64,000 nucleotides of DNA from Candidatus Woesearchaeota archaeon (lineage in GTDB: Archaea; Nanobdellota; Nanobdellia; Woesearchaeales; UBA583): positions 4,971 to 68,970 of the forward strand of contig JAQICV010000064.1 in NCBI GenBank assembly GCA_027858315.1, written 5' to 3'. Under the pieces are notes generated by a model. That model did not search any database. It saw only the letters and a list, made by a program, of their open reading frames with translations, and was not told the origin of the DNA. Below, one piece after another: positions 39,685 through 49,934 of the stretch (position 1 is the stretch's first letter; each line of letters opens with the position of its first letter). Made by a program: the position numbers and the translations under genes.

Positions 39685-40071
39685 TTATACAGCTTTTTTA
39701 AAGACTTTTTTTTCTTTATTGTTTTGGTTAAATTTATGAATTGAAGTTGTTATTGCATTTATACTATTAATCCTTTCTTTAATGGCAATTTCCGAGTAAT
39801 TTTTCTTAAATTTTAAATTACTTATTGGAATTATAAGTATTGCTTTTAAATGATTAATCTCTTGAGCATAATTCATTTTAAATATATTGTATAATACTCT
39901 GTGTATCTGTCCAATACTATCATTTATGCTGTTAATTTCTAAACTAATCTCTTCATTTGAATTATGGTAAATCATAATTTGCAAATTTTCTAATCTTACT
40001 TTTAAATTATTTAGAATATTAATTATTTTGTCCAAAGGTTTGGCTTTGCTAAAAAATCCCATTCTACTCAT
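39685..40071 (-). CDS. hypothetical protein (start ambiguous: 40080, 40071 or 40062)
   Basis: ORF overlapping or abutting the stop of the upstream membrane-protein gene. Predicted helical, with no motif recognised. Confidence 0.4.
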   Translation of the reverse strand: MSRMGFFSKAKPLDKIINILNNLKVRLENLQIMIYHNSNEEISLEINSINDSIGQIHRVLYNIFKMNYAQEINHLKAILIIPISNLKFKKNYSEIAIKERINSINAITTSIHKFNQNNKEKKVFKKAV

Positions 40072-40699
40072 GCCCCACATTACCAATCAAATCTGCAGTT
40101 CCTGCTCCAAGAACAGCTAAGATGATTGTTGCTCCAACAATATTGTATATTTCTAAAAAATGATAAGGTGTATGAAACTTACCAAATAAAAGATTTACAA
40201 ATAAAATAGCAACAATTGAGACTACATATAAAATTGTCGCTCTAAGTGGCATGAATTTCAAAATAAGATGTTTTTGAACCTTTCTAAATCCAGTATAATA
40301 AAGCATAATTATAATCATGATAAATGCAATAATGTACATAACTGTTGCTCTTTGCCAATCTATTGTTTGAGCAATATCAGATGCCTTAGAAAACGCAAAA
40401 TGTCCCATAATTCCTACAAATGCTCCGATAAAACCCTTAAACATATCTCTTTTTGTAATTTTATTAATTGGAGAAATACTGTTCTTCTTTAAATCTTTCT
40501 CTAGCTTCTTCAATTCTTTGATTGCGTCTTCTTCTGTTTCAAAATTTTTAACATCATTTGCTAAGTCTTCTTTCTCCATCTCCTCAAGCTTGTACTCTTC
40601 TCCAAGAATCTTTTCCTCATTCTTCAAAATCTTCTTCTGGTTCTTCAAAATTAAATCTAATTTCTCATTTAACAAGGTTTTATTTGTCATTTCTAACAC
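40064..40699 (-). CDS. membrane protein with N-terminal coiled-coil region
   Basis: Charged N-terminal 80 aa followed by four hydrophobic segments. It overlaps both neighbours by about 20 nt. Confidence 0.5.
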   Translation of the reverse strand: MLEMTNKTLLNEKLDLILKNQKKILKNEEKILGEEYKLEEMEKEDLANDVKNFETEEDAIKELKKLEKDLKKNSISPINKITKRDMFKGFIGAFVGIMGHFAFSKASDIAQTIDWQRATVMYIIAFIMIIIMLYYTGFRKVQKHLILKFMPLRATILYVVSIVAILFVNLLFGKFHTPYHFLEIYNIVGATIILAVLGAGTADLIGNVGHE

Positions 40700-41051
40700 C
40701 TCTTAAAAAATCAATATCAATAATGTAAGTTCCATCTTGAACTTTGTAAATAAGAGGTTTCTCTCTTTTCATCAGCTGATTAATATCTATCTCATACTTT
40801 CCAGGAGCTAAAACTCTAACATTTTCTAATTTCAAAATAATTGGTTTATCTATTTCTTCAATATCAACAAAACTCTCAACTTCTTTTAAAATAATATCTT
40901 TTTGTTCCTTGCTAAGTTCGATTTCAGCTTTTACTGTTGGGATTTTCTTCATAAATAAAAATAATTTTGACCCACATTTAGGACATCCTTGAATAATAAC
41001 TTCTGAAGTATTATCGTATATTGATTCGCATTTAAGACATTGATGAGGCAT
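40680..41051 (-). CDS. archaeal Zn-ribbon protein (DUF2072-like)
   Basis: The N-terminal CLKC...CPKCG zinc ribbon followed by a conserved-looking C-terminal domain resembles COG3364/DUF2072. Confidence 0.5.
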   Translation of the reverse strand: MPHQCLKCESIYDNTSEVIIQGCPKCGSKLFLFMKKIPTVKAEIELSKEQKDIILKEVESFVDIEEIDKPIILKLENVRVLAPGKYEIDINQLMKREKPLIYKVQDGTYIIDIDFLRGVRNDK

Positions 41052-41118
41052 ATAAAAAAATTCTGTGTTTATTATTTATAAAATTTTGTCTTTTCAATTA
41101 AAAAAGAATAAAATAAAA

Positions 41119-41862
41119 CTAATCCTCTCCTCTTGGAGCAAGGATAAATCCTAGTAGTAATTTGTCAACTAATTTATACTCAACCTTCAAAGGATAATCA
41201 TCATTAAAACTCATTTCAACATTATTTACAATCTTATCAGCTTTAATGAATTTCTTTAAATATTCAATTGAATATCTACAATGCATATCTTTAGAGGATT
41301 CAGTTTTAATATCAATATCTTCATCAAAATCAATTTTCCCAGACATTGAATTTGTTTTTCCTTCAATTGAAAACTTTTTATTTGCAATTTTAAAACTAAC
41401 TCCATTCTCAAGGAAATTTAAATCATTAATTGAATTGGTAAAATTAGAAGAAGAAGTAACAATTTTTAAAGGGAAATCTAAATTAGGGACCTTTTGTAGA
41501 TTTTCATCATTAAAATCAATAAGTGATAATTCAAACTCTTTTTTATTCTTACCTTCACTTACAATTTTCAATTTATTTCCATCTTGATCAACTTTTAATA
41601 TAAGTTTAGACTTATCATTACATCTTTTCAAAACATCACTAAAATGCTCTAAACTAAGTGAGATTTGAAAATTTTCTTTAATCTCATACTTTTCAAAATT
41701 AGTTGACAATAATCTAAAAATTACCATAACAACATTGTTTGAATTTAGGGCAACAAGCTCCATATAATCAGGTTTAAATACGAAAGTTCCTTCTAAAACA
41801 ATATCAGAAATAATTTCCATACTCTTCTTTAACAGACCTGGGTTTTCTAAAATTAATTCCAT
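41119..41862 (-). CDS. pcn: DNA polymerase sliding clamp PCNA
   Basis: 247 aa. N-terminus MELILENPGLLKKSMEIISDIVLEGTFVFKPDYMELVALNSNNV and a two-domain length typical of PCNA. Confidence 0.88.
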   Translation of the reverse strand: MELILENPGLLKKSMEIISDIVLEGTFVFKPDYMELVALNSNNVVMVIFRLLSTNFEKYEIKENFQISLSLEHFSDVLKRCNDKSKLILKVDQDGNKLKIVSEGKNKKEFELSLIDFNDENLQKVPNLDFPLKIVTSSSNFTNSINDLNFLENGVSFKIANKKFSIEGKTNSMSGKIDFDEDIDIKTESSKDMHCRYSIEYLKKFIKADKIVNNVEMSFNDDYPLKVEYKLVDKLLLGFILAPRGED

Positions 41863-42087
41863 CTTAAATTATTAAAATCTTATTCATTAATAAATGTTTT
41901 TATTTTATCATCTCTAACTAGTAATTAATTTACAGATGATAATTATAAATTTATATCTTATTATTCATGAATGGTAATTAATTCAAATAAAAGGTTTTCA
42001 GAAATAATGTTCAAAAATTCATATTTAAGATTTTCATTTTTATACTCAACAATTAAATTTATTAATTAATAACACCATAAGAAATAA

Positions 42088-42735
42088 ATGAAACAATATA
42101 TACTTGCAAAAATAGTGGAATTTGGACTTCCAATGAAGAAAATTCATTATGATTTTAAAGTTCAAGATACAAACGAACCCACAAAATTCATAAAAATTAT
42201 AATTCATCATACTGGAAAGAACAAAACTATTCAAAGTTTAATAGATAATCATGTAAAAAAACAACATTATTCATCAATAGGATATCATTTCATGATTTCT
42301 AAAAAAGGAACTATTTATTACGCTAGAGACTTAAAATCAGCCGGAGCGCATACTTATGGATACAATAAAAATGCAATTGGTATAGCACTATTTGGAAATT
42401 TTGATGAAGTAGAACCTACTCAAAAACAAATTGATGCTTTAAATTCATTAGTAACCAAATTAAAAGAGAATTATAATATTAAAAAAATATTTGGACACAA
42501 TGAAGCAATATACAAAAAGATTAAAGAAAGAAATTGGAAATTACATTTGCCAAACATTAATCCACTAGATATTGAAAATAAAGAAACATATAAAAATTTC
42601 ACAAGGGACATAACAACTCAAGTTCTAGAATTTGATGCTTCAGATAGTAGCGTAACTTTAATAAAAAAATTTCAATCCTGTCCGGGATTTAATTTATACT
42701 CAGAAATAAAGAAATTAGATGGATTAGATCCTTAA
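42088..42735 (+). CDS. N-acetylmuramoyl-L-alanine amidase (Amidase_2 / PGRP fold)
   Basis: IIIHHTG...IGYHFMISKKGTIYYARDLKSAGAHTYGYNKNAIGIALFGNF...PTQKQIDALNSLV...IFGHNE matches the Amidase_2 Zn-amidase pattern. No obvious signal peptide. Confidence 0.78.
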   Translation: MKQYILAKIVEFGLPMKKIHYDFKVQDTNEPTKFIKIIIHHTGKNKTIQSLIDNHVKKQHYSSIGYHFMISKKGTIYYARDLKSAGAHTYGYNKNAIGIALFGNFDEVEPTQKQIDALNSLVTKLKENYNIKKIFGHNEAIYKKIKERNWKLHLPNINPLDIENKETYKNFTRDITTQVLEFDASDSSVTLIKKFQSCPGFNLYSEIKKLDGLDP

Positions 42736-43194
42736 AAGGTCAATAATATTCATTCTTCCCATCAAATTTAGCAGTTTATTACTTTCTTCTTGTTTGTCTT
42801 TACAAAAAAGTTTAGCATTTGATTTTGCAAATATTAAAACTTTATTTAAGTTATAATCTCCATTTTCATCATCATATTTTTGTACTATCATATCTAAAGT
42901 TTTAATAGCGCGATTAGGAGCAGAGTGATTAAATATGTCAAAATCATATAAGAAAACATTTAACTTACTAAATTGGCTCCTATTTTCAGACATATTTTCA
43001 ATTCTTCCTTTTCTAAAAAATACACAATTTAGAGATTCAAAGGAATAATGTTCATTTTTCCCACTAAAAGGAGAATTTGATTTAAAAGATTCCAAAAAAT
43101 TTTGATAATTTATATTTTCAAAATTATAAACCAAAGTAACAACTTCTTTGGATAATAAATGATTACTATAAATATACTCATTCAAATCAACCAT
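42724..43194 (-). CDS. hypothetical protein
   Basis: 156-aa ORF. No motif recognised. Confidence 0.4.
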   Translation of the reverse strand: MVDLNEYIYSNHLLSKEVVTLVYNFENINYQNFLESFKSNSPFSGKNEHYSFESLNCVFFRKGRIENMSENRSQFSKLNVFLYDFDIFNHSAPNRAIKTLDMIVQKYDDENGDYNLNKVLIFAKSNAKLFCKDKQEESNKLLNLMGRMNIIDLLRI

Positions 43195-43244
43195 ATAAGA
43201 AAGAATTTAATTTGAATTAATAAATATTTGTTAAAAAATAAAAT

Positions 43245-43808
43245 TTATAATTTTCCAACTAAATCTGCACCAGGTTTCAAAACTTTCTCACCAACATTCC
43301 ATTTAGCAGGACAAGCATAACCAGGATTCTCTCTAGCATATTTTAAAGCTTTAATCTTCCTAAGTAACTCTTTAGCATTTCTTCCAATAGGTTCATCGGT
43401 AATCTCAATTGCTTTAATCATTCCATCCGGATCAATTACAATTGTTGCTCTATCTGCAACACCTTCTTGATCTCTTAGTACATCATATGCTACTGAAATT
43501 TGATGTGTTGCATCTGCAATCATTGGGAATTTGATTTTACCAATACTTGGAGACTCATTATGCCAAGCTAAATGAACAAAATGAGTATCTGTTGAAACAG
43601 ATAGAACTTCAGCATCCAAGCTTTTTAATTCTTCATAATTCTCAGCCATATCTTCTAACTCTGTAGGACATACGAAAGTATAATCTGCAGGGTAAAAAAA
43701 TAAAACTACAAATTTTCCTTTATAGTCTTCTAAACTAACTTCCTTAAAACCTTTATCTTGCATTGCTTGCGCTTTAAATACTGGTGCCTCTTGATTTAAT
43801 TTAACCAT
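43245..43808 (-). CDS. ahpC: typical 2-Cys peroxiredoxin (AhpC/Prx1-like)
   Basis: Peroxidatic Cys in FYPADYTFVCPTE and resolving Cys in YACPAKW. Confidence 0.9.
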   Translation of the reverse strand: MVKLNQEAPVFKAQAMQDKGFKEVSLEDYKGKFVVLFFYPADYTFVCPTELEDMAENYEELKSLDAEVLSVSTDTHFVHLAWHNESPSIGKIKFPMIADATHQISVAYDVLRDQEGVADRATIVIDPDGMIKAIEITDEPIGRNAKELLRKIKALKYARENPGYACPAKWNVGEKVLKPGADLVGKL

Positions 43809-43834
43809 CGTATTAATTTTAAAGGTTTTTATTT

Positions 43835-43863
43835 TATAAAGATTTGGCTCGAATATCGAACTT
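43835..43863 (-). promoter_or_regulatory. TATA box plus conserved upstream element, copy 1 (TATAAAGATTTGGCTCGAATATCGAACTT on the plus strand)
   Basis: 27/29 identical to 44600-44628. In gene orientation it reads AAGTTCGATATTCGAGCCAAATCTTTATA. The TATA ends about 24 nt before the ATG at 43808. Confidence 0.7.
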
Positions 43864-43892
43864 GCAGTTTAAAAGAATAAATTAAAAATTAT

Positions 43893-44570
<678 letters not shown>

Positions 44571-44599
44571 TTTGATATTAATATTTGAAGTTTCAAATA

Positions 44600-44628
44600 T
44601 ATAAAGGTTTGGCTCGAGTATCGAACTT
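44600..44628 (-). promoter_or_regulatory. TATA box plus conserved upstream element, copy 2 (TATAAAGGTTTGGCTCGAGTATCGAACTT on the plus strand)
   Basis: 27/29 identical to 43835-43863. It lies in the intergenic region shared with the divergent Lrp/AsnC gene. Confidence 0.7.
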
Positions 44629-44749
44629 ATTAGGTAAGATTTATAAACAAATAACTTTAAGATATATTATGGTATTAAGTAAAATACTTAGTATTGCTTA
44701 ATTTAGAAATTTATTAATAAATTTCTTCATTTTTATATATAATAGAAAA

Positions 44750-45172
44750 ATGGTAGATACAAAGGATCAAACAATTCTTGACATGTTAGAAGAAAATGCT
44801 AGAATATCTTTTACTCAAATTGCAAAAAAACTAAATATTTCTGAGGCTGCAATAAGAAAAAGAGTAAAGAAATTAGAGAAGGAAGAGATAATCTTAGGAT
44901 ATAAGGCTTCAGTTAATTATAAAAAATTAGGATATTCAAATAAGATAATAATGGGTGTAGATACAACTCCTAAAGATTATTTTAAAGTTATGAATATTCT
45001 AAAAGATTTTTCTTACATAAAAAATTTAACAACTTCTTCAGGAGATCATATGATAATGTTTGAAGTTTGGGTTAAAGGAATGAAAGAATTAAATAAAATA
45101 ATGGAAGAAATAAATGGAATTAATGGTGTAACTGAGAGTTGTCCAAGTATTATTCATGAAGATATTAATTAA
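44750..45172 (+). CDS. Lrp/AsnC-family transcriptional regulator
   Basis: N-terminal HTH (DQTILDMLEENARISFTQIAKKLNISEAAIRKRVKKLEKEEII) and a C-terminal RAM-like domain. Confidence 0.85.
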   Translation: MVDTKDQTILDMLEENARISFTQIAKKLNISEAAIRKRVKKLEKEEIILGYKASVNYKKLGYSNKIIMGVDTTPKDYFKVMNILKDFSYIKNLTTSSGDHMIMFEVWVKGMKELNKIMEEINGINGVTESCPSIIHEDIN

Positions 45173-45441
45173 TGATAAGTTGGATTTTCTTGTTCAACTA
45201 TTTTATTAGGCTTCACAAAATAATCAGGCTCTTTTAGACTTTGTTGAGTTATATATACAAGTTTGTTCCCAACATCTTTAAGTACTTCATTTTCGTCCAA
45301 TATTTGCATACTCTCATTTAATTGAATCTCCAATAAAGATCTATTTCCTGACCTATTACAAAGTTTTGCAGCAGTTTTCATATAAGTTAAAAGTATCTTT
45401 TCACTATCATCATCATTAGTTAATTCATGATAAATATTCAA
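45169..45441 (-). CDS. hypothetical protein (TTG start in track; the frame stays open upstream to 45534)
   Basis: The frame stays open for about 31 codons upstream without a start codon. An ATG at 45562 lies in the +1 frame. This may be a frameshifted or mis-started gene. Confidence 0.3.
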   Translation of the reverse strand: MNIYHELTNDDDSEKILLTYMKTAAKLCNRSGNRSLLEIQLNESMQILDENEVLKDVGNKLVYITQQSLKEPDYFVKPNKIVEQENPTYH

Positions 45442-45603
45442 AAAAATCCTGGCATCTCCTGGATAAATTTCTGATGAAATTGAAGTAACAGTTTCAAATA
45501 ATGAAGTATTCTTATCATAGGCTTTAAATAATCTCTAATAATTTTTCAGCTTCTTCTTTCATAATAATCTTTCAACATTTAAGGTTTATAAAATTTGCTT
45601 TTT

Positions 45604-47424
45604 TCAAACAATCCTCTTAAAATTCTTCTCCAAATCTTTAAATGTATATCTAAGCATAATAGGTCTTCCATGAGGACAATTAAATGGTTCTTTTAATCTC
45701 TTTAGATTCTCAATCATCATATGAATTTGAGGAATAGTTAATTCTTCTCCACCTTTCAAAGACTTCTTACAAGACATAGAAGCTATTTTATCAAGCTTTG
45801 AATCTTCAAGTAATTTAAATTTCTTATCAACAGTAATCTCACCAATAATATCTGCAACAATCTTTGCACTAACTTCAAACCTTGAGAGTCCAATAGGAAC
45901 ACTTCTTACAACAATCTCATTACTCCCAAACTCTTCAATCTCAAAACCAAGTTTCTCAAACATTCCTACATTATCTTTGTAAAGCAGCATTTCGGATTGT
46001 GAGAAATTAATAATATCTGGCTTCAATAAAACTTGTTTCTTAACACTTTTCTCTTCAATTTGTTTCTTAAAAGTTTCATAAAAAAACTTTTCTTCAACAA
46101 CATGTTGATCAAATAAAATCATCTCGTTCTTAGTTTCAACAATAATAAAAGTTTTATCTACTTGTCCTAAAATTCTATAATCTTCAAGTATCTCGAAAAG
46201 TGGTCCATAAGAGATTTCTTTTTTTTCTTGTTCAACTTGACTATCTTCAAGAATATCTTCTTGAAAATCATATGATTTTTTATAGTCAATTTCATCCTCA
46301 TTAACTTCAAAAGTTTTTTGAACATCTTTAGTATAATGTTTATTTATAACTTCTTGTTTAGTATATTCTCTAACAGGTTGAACTTCGCTAACTTCATCAA
46401 GTGAATAATTCCTCTCAGCTTTATCAAAAGGTTTAATTGTATCAACTTTTTCAAAAACTTCTCTAATTGAATTCTTCACAAACTCATAAATCTCAAGTTC
46501 ATTCTCAAATCTAATCTCAATTTTTGTAGGGTGTACATTTACATCAATAATCTCTGGGTCAATCTCGACAAATAAAACAAAAAGGGGATGTCTGCCTTCC
46601 ATTAAATTTGTAGAAAATCCTTCATACATAGAATCATTAATTAATTTAGATTTCACATATCTTGAATTAACATATAAATGTTGATTCTTTTTATATCCAT
46701 AAGTTATTTGTGATGGTTTTCCTAAAAATCCTGAAACCTTAATTCCATAATTCTCATTTTCAAAATAAATCAAATTATCTTTCAAATCTTTACCTAAAAT
46801 ATAATAGAGATTATCTAACTTCGATTTAAATTGTGGTTTATTTATCAGTAATTTTCCATTATGTTTTAGAGTAAATTTAACCTCATTATAATAAACTAAA
46901 AATCTATTCATAATATCAACAATTGCTTTGAGTTCCAAATTACTAGATTTCATATATTTCTTTCTAGCAGGTGTATTGTAAAATAAATTCTCAACACTAA
47001 TAGTTGTACCTAAGCTAGTTGCAGAAACTTTAACCTCATTAGTATTCTCAGAAGTAATCTCGTACGCCTCATTAGAACCATGAGTTTTAGATACTATCTT
47101 TGCATTTGACACACTAAAAATTGAGGCTAATGCTTCACCCCTAAATCCCATAGTTGAAATATGATACAAATCATCAAAATTTTTGATTTTAGAAGTTGCA
47201 TGCCTAAGTGGTGCTTTAAGTAAATCTTCTTTAGAAATTCCTTTACCATTATCTTTAATGACAATTTTTTTAAGTCCTGAATCTTCAATCTCAACATCTA
47301 TTTGACTAGCATTTGCATCGATTGAATTTTCAACTAATTCCTTAATAACTGCTGAAGGATTCTCAATAACCTCACCAGCTGCAATTTGATTAATAATCTC
47401 TCCAGGTAATATATTAATACTCAT
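45604..47424 (-). CDS. mutL: DNA mismatch repair protein MutL
   Basis: GHKL ATPase N-terminus (IAAGEVIENPSAVIKELVENSIDA, GFRGEAL). The C-terminal endonuclease domain has DQHVVEEKFFYE and CPHGRP. Confidence 0.92.
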   Translation of the reverse strand: MSINILPGEIINQIAAGEVIENPSAVIKELVENSIDANASQIDVEIEDSGLKKIVIKDNGKGISKEDLLKAPLRHATSKIKNFDDLYHISTMGFRGEALASIFSVSNAKIVSKTHGSNEAYEITSENTNEVKVSATSLGTTISVENLFYNTPARKKYMKSSNLELKAIVDIMNRFLVYYNEVKFTLKHNGKLLINKPQFKSKLDNLYYILGKDLKDNLIYFENENYGIKVSGFLGKPSQITYGYKKNQHLYVNSRYVKSKLINDSMYEGFSTNLMEGRHPLFVLFVEIDPEIIDVNVHPTKIEIRFENELEIYEFVKNSIREVFEKVDTIKPFDKAERNYSLDEVSEVQPVREYTKQEVINKHYTKDVQKTFEVNEDEIDYKKSYDFQEDILEDSQVEQEKKEISYGPLFEILEDYRILGQVDKTFIIVETKNEMILFDQHVVEEKFFYETFKKQIEEKSVKKQVLLKPDIINFSQSEMLLYKDNVGMFEKLGFEIEEFGSNEIVVRSVPIGLSRFEVSAKIVADIIGEITVDKKFKLLEDSKLDKIASMSCKKSLKGGEELTIPQIHMMIENLKRLKEPFNCPHGRPIMLRYTFKDLEKNFKRIV

Positions 47425-47501
47425 AGAATTAATAAAAAAAGATTATATATAAATATTGTGCTTACGCAATGTGCAAAAAATATTAATATTTTCACAATTT
47501 A

Positions 47502-48050
47502 TTACATATTTGATAAACTCTTCTCAAGCTGACCTAAAACTTCATTCAATTTTAAATCTCCTTCTATAATTTTATAAGGATGGGGAAACTCAAAACCAAT
47601 CCCTCCATATTCTCTAAACTTATCTATTTTTTCCTGTGTATCGTCAATTAAAATCGCATTAGGACTAGCACATAAATACTTCTCTCTTGTAAGAACTAAG
47701 GGGATGCCTGGAAAATTTTTTGCAACATATCTAGTCTTTCCTGCATTAGCATCAGCAACTGCATTTGTTCTTTTATGAATATTACCTCCGGAAGATAAAA
47801 AAGCAACTTCTCCATATTTCTTACCTAATTCAATTAACTCTTTTGCCCAAGGATACAACTCAAGGCCAGTCCAAAAATCAGTCCCACTATTCTCAATTCT
47901 ATCATAAATGTCAGAATGAATATCTTCCAATTTTTTTCCTGATTTTAGTTGAGGCATTATTTCAGATTTATCTAAACCTAAAATTTCTATTGCTCTACCT
48001 TCCCAATCTACATGAACACCATCTAAGTCATAAAATATTATTGAAGCCAT
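47502..48050 (-). CDS. HAD-superfamily hydrolase, 5'(3')-deoxyribonucleotidase-like
   Basis: DxDG motif (YDLDGVHVDW) and a late ILIDD motif. The assignment to the NT5C-like group is tentative. Confidence 0.45.
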   Translation of the reverse strand: MASIIFYDLDGVHVDWEGRAIEILGLDKSEIMPQLKSGKKLEDIHSDIYDRIENSGTDFWTGLELYPWAKELIELGKKYGEVAFLSSGGNIHKRTNAVADANAGKTRYVAKNFPGIPLVLTREKYLCASPNAILIDDTQEKIDKFREYGGIGFEFPHPYKIIEGDLKLNEVLGQLEKSLSNM

Positions 48051-48116
48051 AATACTTATTTAAGGCGATAGATTTATATATATTTAAACTATATATGTTA
48101 TATAACAAATATAACA

Positions 48117-48962
48117 ATGGAAAGACAACTAGTAAAACAAGGAAGAAATGCTCTAACAATGACGCTTCCATCTAAGTGGATAAAATCACACTATTTATCC
48201 GAAAAGGATTCAGTTCAGGTAAGAGAAGAAAAAGGAGAATTAATTATCAGTTCAAATAAGTCTTTAGAAAAAAGAGAAATAAAACTTGACATCAGGGGTA
48301 TGAGAAGAGGACTAGCTTTTCATATAATCACGGGCAAATATATTGAAGGATATGATCGAATAATATTAAAGCACGACAACTTTTCTTTGTCACAAGAAAT
48401 TGGCAATGGGTTTTTAGGAATGATTATTGAAAACCATACAAGTGAAGAATTGATAATGAAAGACATAATAGGGATTCCAGAAGATGATTTTATAATGTTA
48501 TTTAAGAGAGGATGTCAATTATTAATTCAGCAAGCAAGAACAATAAGAAAGCAACTAGAAAAACAAGCCACAAAAGAAGATGTGAAAAATGAAGAAAGGC
48601 TTCTTGATAATAATTTATTTTACTGTCTAAGATATATTAACAAATATGAAAAAGTAGAAAACTCTTACAAATATTTTTTACTAACTTCAACAATAGAGAG
48701 TATCGGAGATTATTTATCTGAACTATCAAAAAGACTAGATGTCAAAAAAAGAATCTCAAAAACAGATATAGAAAATATAGATCTAACAATCAAATCAATT
48801 GAGATGTATGTAGTCTATTTATTCGAGAATAATATTCATAAGATGTATGACTTATTATCTAAATTTAAAAAAAATATCCATAGAGACTCATTTATTGGGG
48901 GTTTATGTTTTGCCATAGAAGAAAACTTGTATAATTATATTGGTTATTTTATAGAAAAATAA
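48117..48962 (+). CDS. AbrB/SpoVT-domain plus PhoU-like domain protein
   Basis: The N-terminal LVKQGRNALTMTLPSKWIKSHYLSEKDSV is a swapped-hairpin AbrB pattern. The helical C-terminal part resembles archaeal PhoU homologs. Confidence 0.6.
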   Translation: MERQLVKQGRNALTMTLPSKWIKSHYLSEKDSVQVREEKGELIISSNKSLEKREIKLDIRGMRRGLAFHIITGKYIEGYDRIILKHDNFSLSQEIGNGFLGMIIENHTSEELIMKDIIGIPEDDFIMLFKRGCQLLIQQARTIRKQLEKQATKEDVKNEERLLDNNLFYCLRYINKYEKVENSYKYFLLTSTIESIGDYLSELSKRLDVKKRISKTDIENIDLTIKSIEMYVVYLFENNIHKMYDLLSKFKKNIHRDSFIGGLCFAIEENLYNYIGYFIEK

Positions 48963-48977
48963 TAAATAAATAATAAA

Positions 48978-49868
48978 TTATTTTCTCATCCACTTAATAC
49001 TTCTAAATACACCATATCCAACAACAAATGGAACTATGATAAATCCTAAAAGAGCAAGCATGATTTGTAATCCTGCTTCAAATGAATTAACAAATAATTT
49101 GAATCCATCCTTTAATCCTAAAAAGTCAATCTCTGAGAGTGTAGATGGTTTCTCTCTAACTGTTAAATAAACTTCAGAGTATGCAACTTCTTCATCAATA
49201 GTTGAAATCCTATTATTGAGATAAAAGATTTGATCCTCTAAATTATCAATTCTATTTTGAATTTGGATTTCATCTTGAATTGAGATATTCTCTTTTTGAA
49301 GCATTGTAATATAAGTTACAATTTGATTATTGTACCTCTCAACTCTTTGAGTATAATCTGTATAAGATCCAGTTACATCATTAACATAAACATTCAAACT
49401 CTGAACTTCTCCATAAGTTTTAATCTCGCCCAAAAATACATCAAGTGATGCTGAATTAACTTTAAATCTATAATTCACATTTCTGTAATCATCTCTATAT
49501 TTTGATTCAGACTCAGACAATACAATTACTTCATGTGCTGTAATTGAATTTTGAATTTGAGATTTAGACTTATCAAAATCTTCAGCTTCTAATTGAATAT
49601 TAGCATTCTTGATAACTTTCCTATCTTCAGCCTCAGGAGAAAATCCTTCATCATAAGAAGGATAATAACTACTTCCCATGCTTCTCTCATACATCATATC
49701 ATTTGATATACTCTTTGAACTCATAGAACTAAGTCCACCAAAATCTGTAAAATTAACTCCAATCATTAAAATTACTCCTAGCATTGGAATTAGAAACATT
49801 GCTGCAAAAATACTTATAACATAATTTTTCCAGTTCTTTTTCAAATGGTTTTCATTTTTATCTACCAT
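48978..49868 (-). CDS. DUF4349-like membrane protein
   Basis: N-terminal TM, central coiled-coil region (NNQIVTYITMLQKE...IDNLEDQIFYLNNRISTIDEE) and a C-terminal TM. Confidence 0.45.
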   Translation of the reverse strand: MVDKNENHLKKNWKNYVISIFAAMFLIPMLGVILMIGVNFTDFGGLSSMSSKSISNDMMYERSMGSSYYPSYDEGFSPEAEDRKVIKNANIQLEAEDFDKSKSQIQNSITAHEVIVLSESESKYRDDYRNVNYRFKVNSASLDVFLGEIKTYGEVQSLNVYVNDVTGSYTDYTQRVERYNNQIVTYITMLQKENISIQDEIQIQNRIDNLEDQIFYLNNRISTIDEEVAYSEVYLTVREKPSTLSEIDFLGLKDGFKLFVNSFEAGLQIMLALLGFIIVPFVVGYGVFRSIKWMRK

Positions 49869-49934
49869 ATCTATACTTTAAACTAGAGACTTATAATATT
49901 ATTTATTACTTTGAATTAGATTAAAGTTATAATA

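Noticed and set aside
41863-42087. A 225-bp spacer between PCNA and the amidase gene with a 7-bp inverted repeat (ATCATCT...AGATGAT), considered as an ncRNA.
   Set aside because: The region is extremely AT-rich, the stem is short with a 20-nt loop, and there is no GC-rich structured core. It is most likely just divergent promoter DNA.
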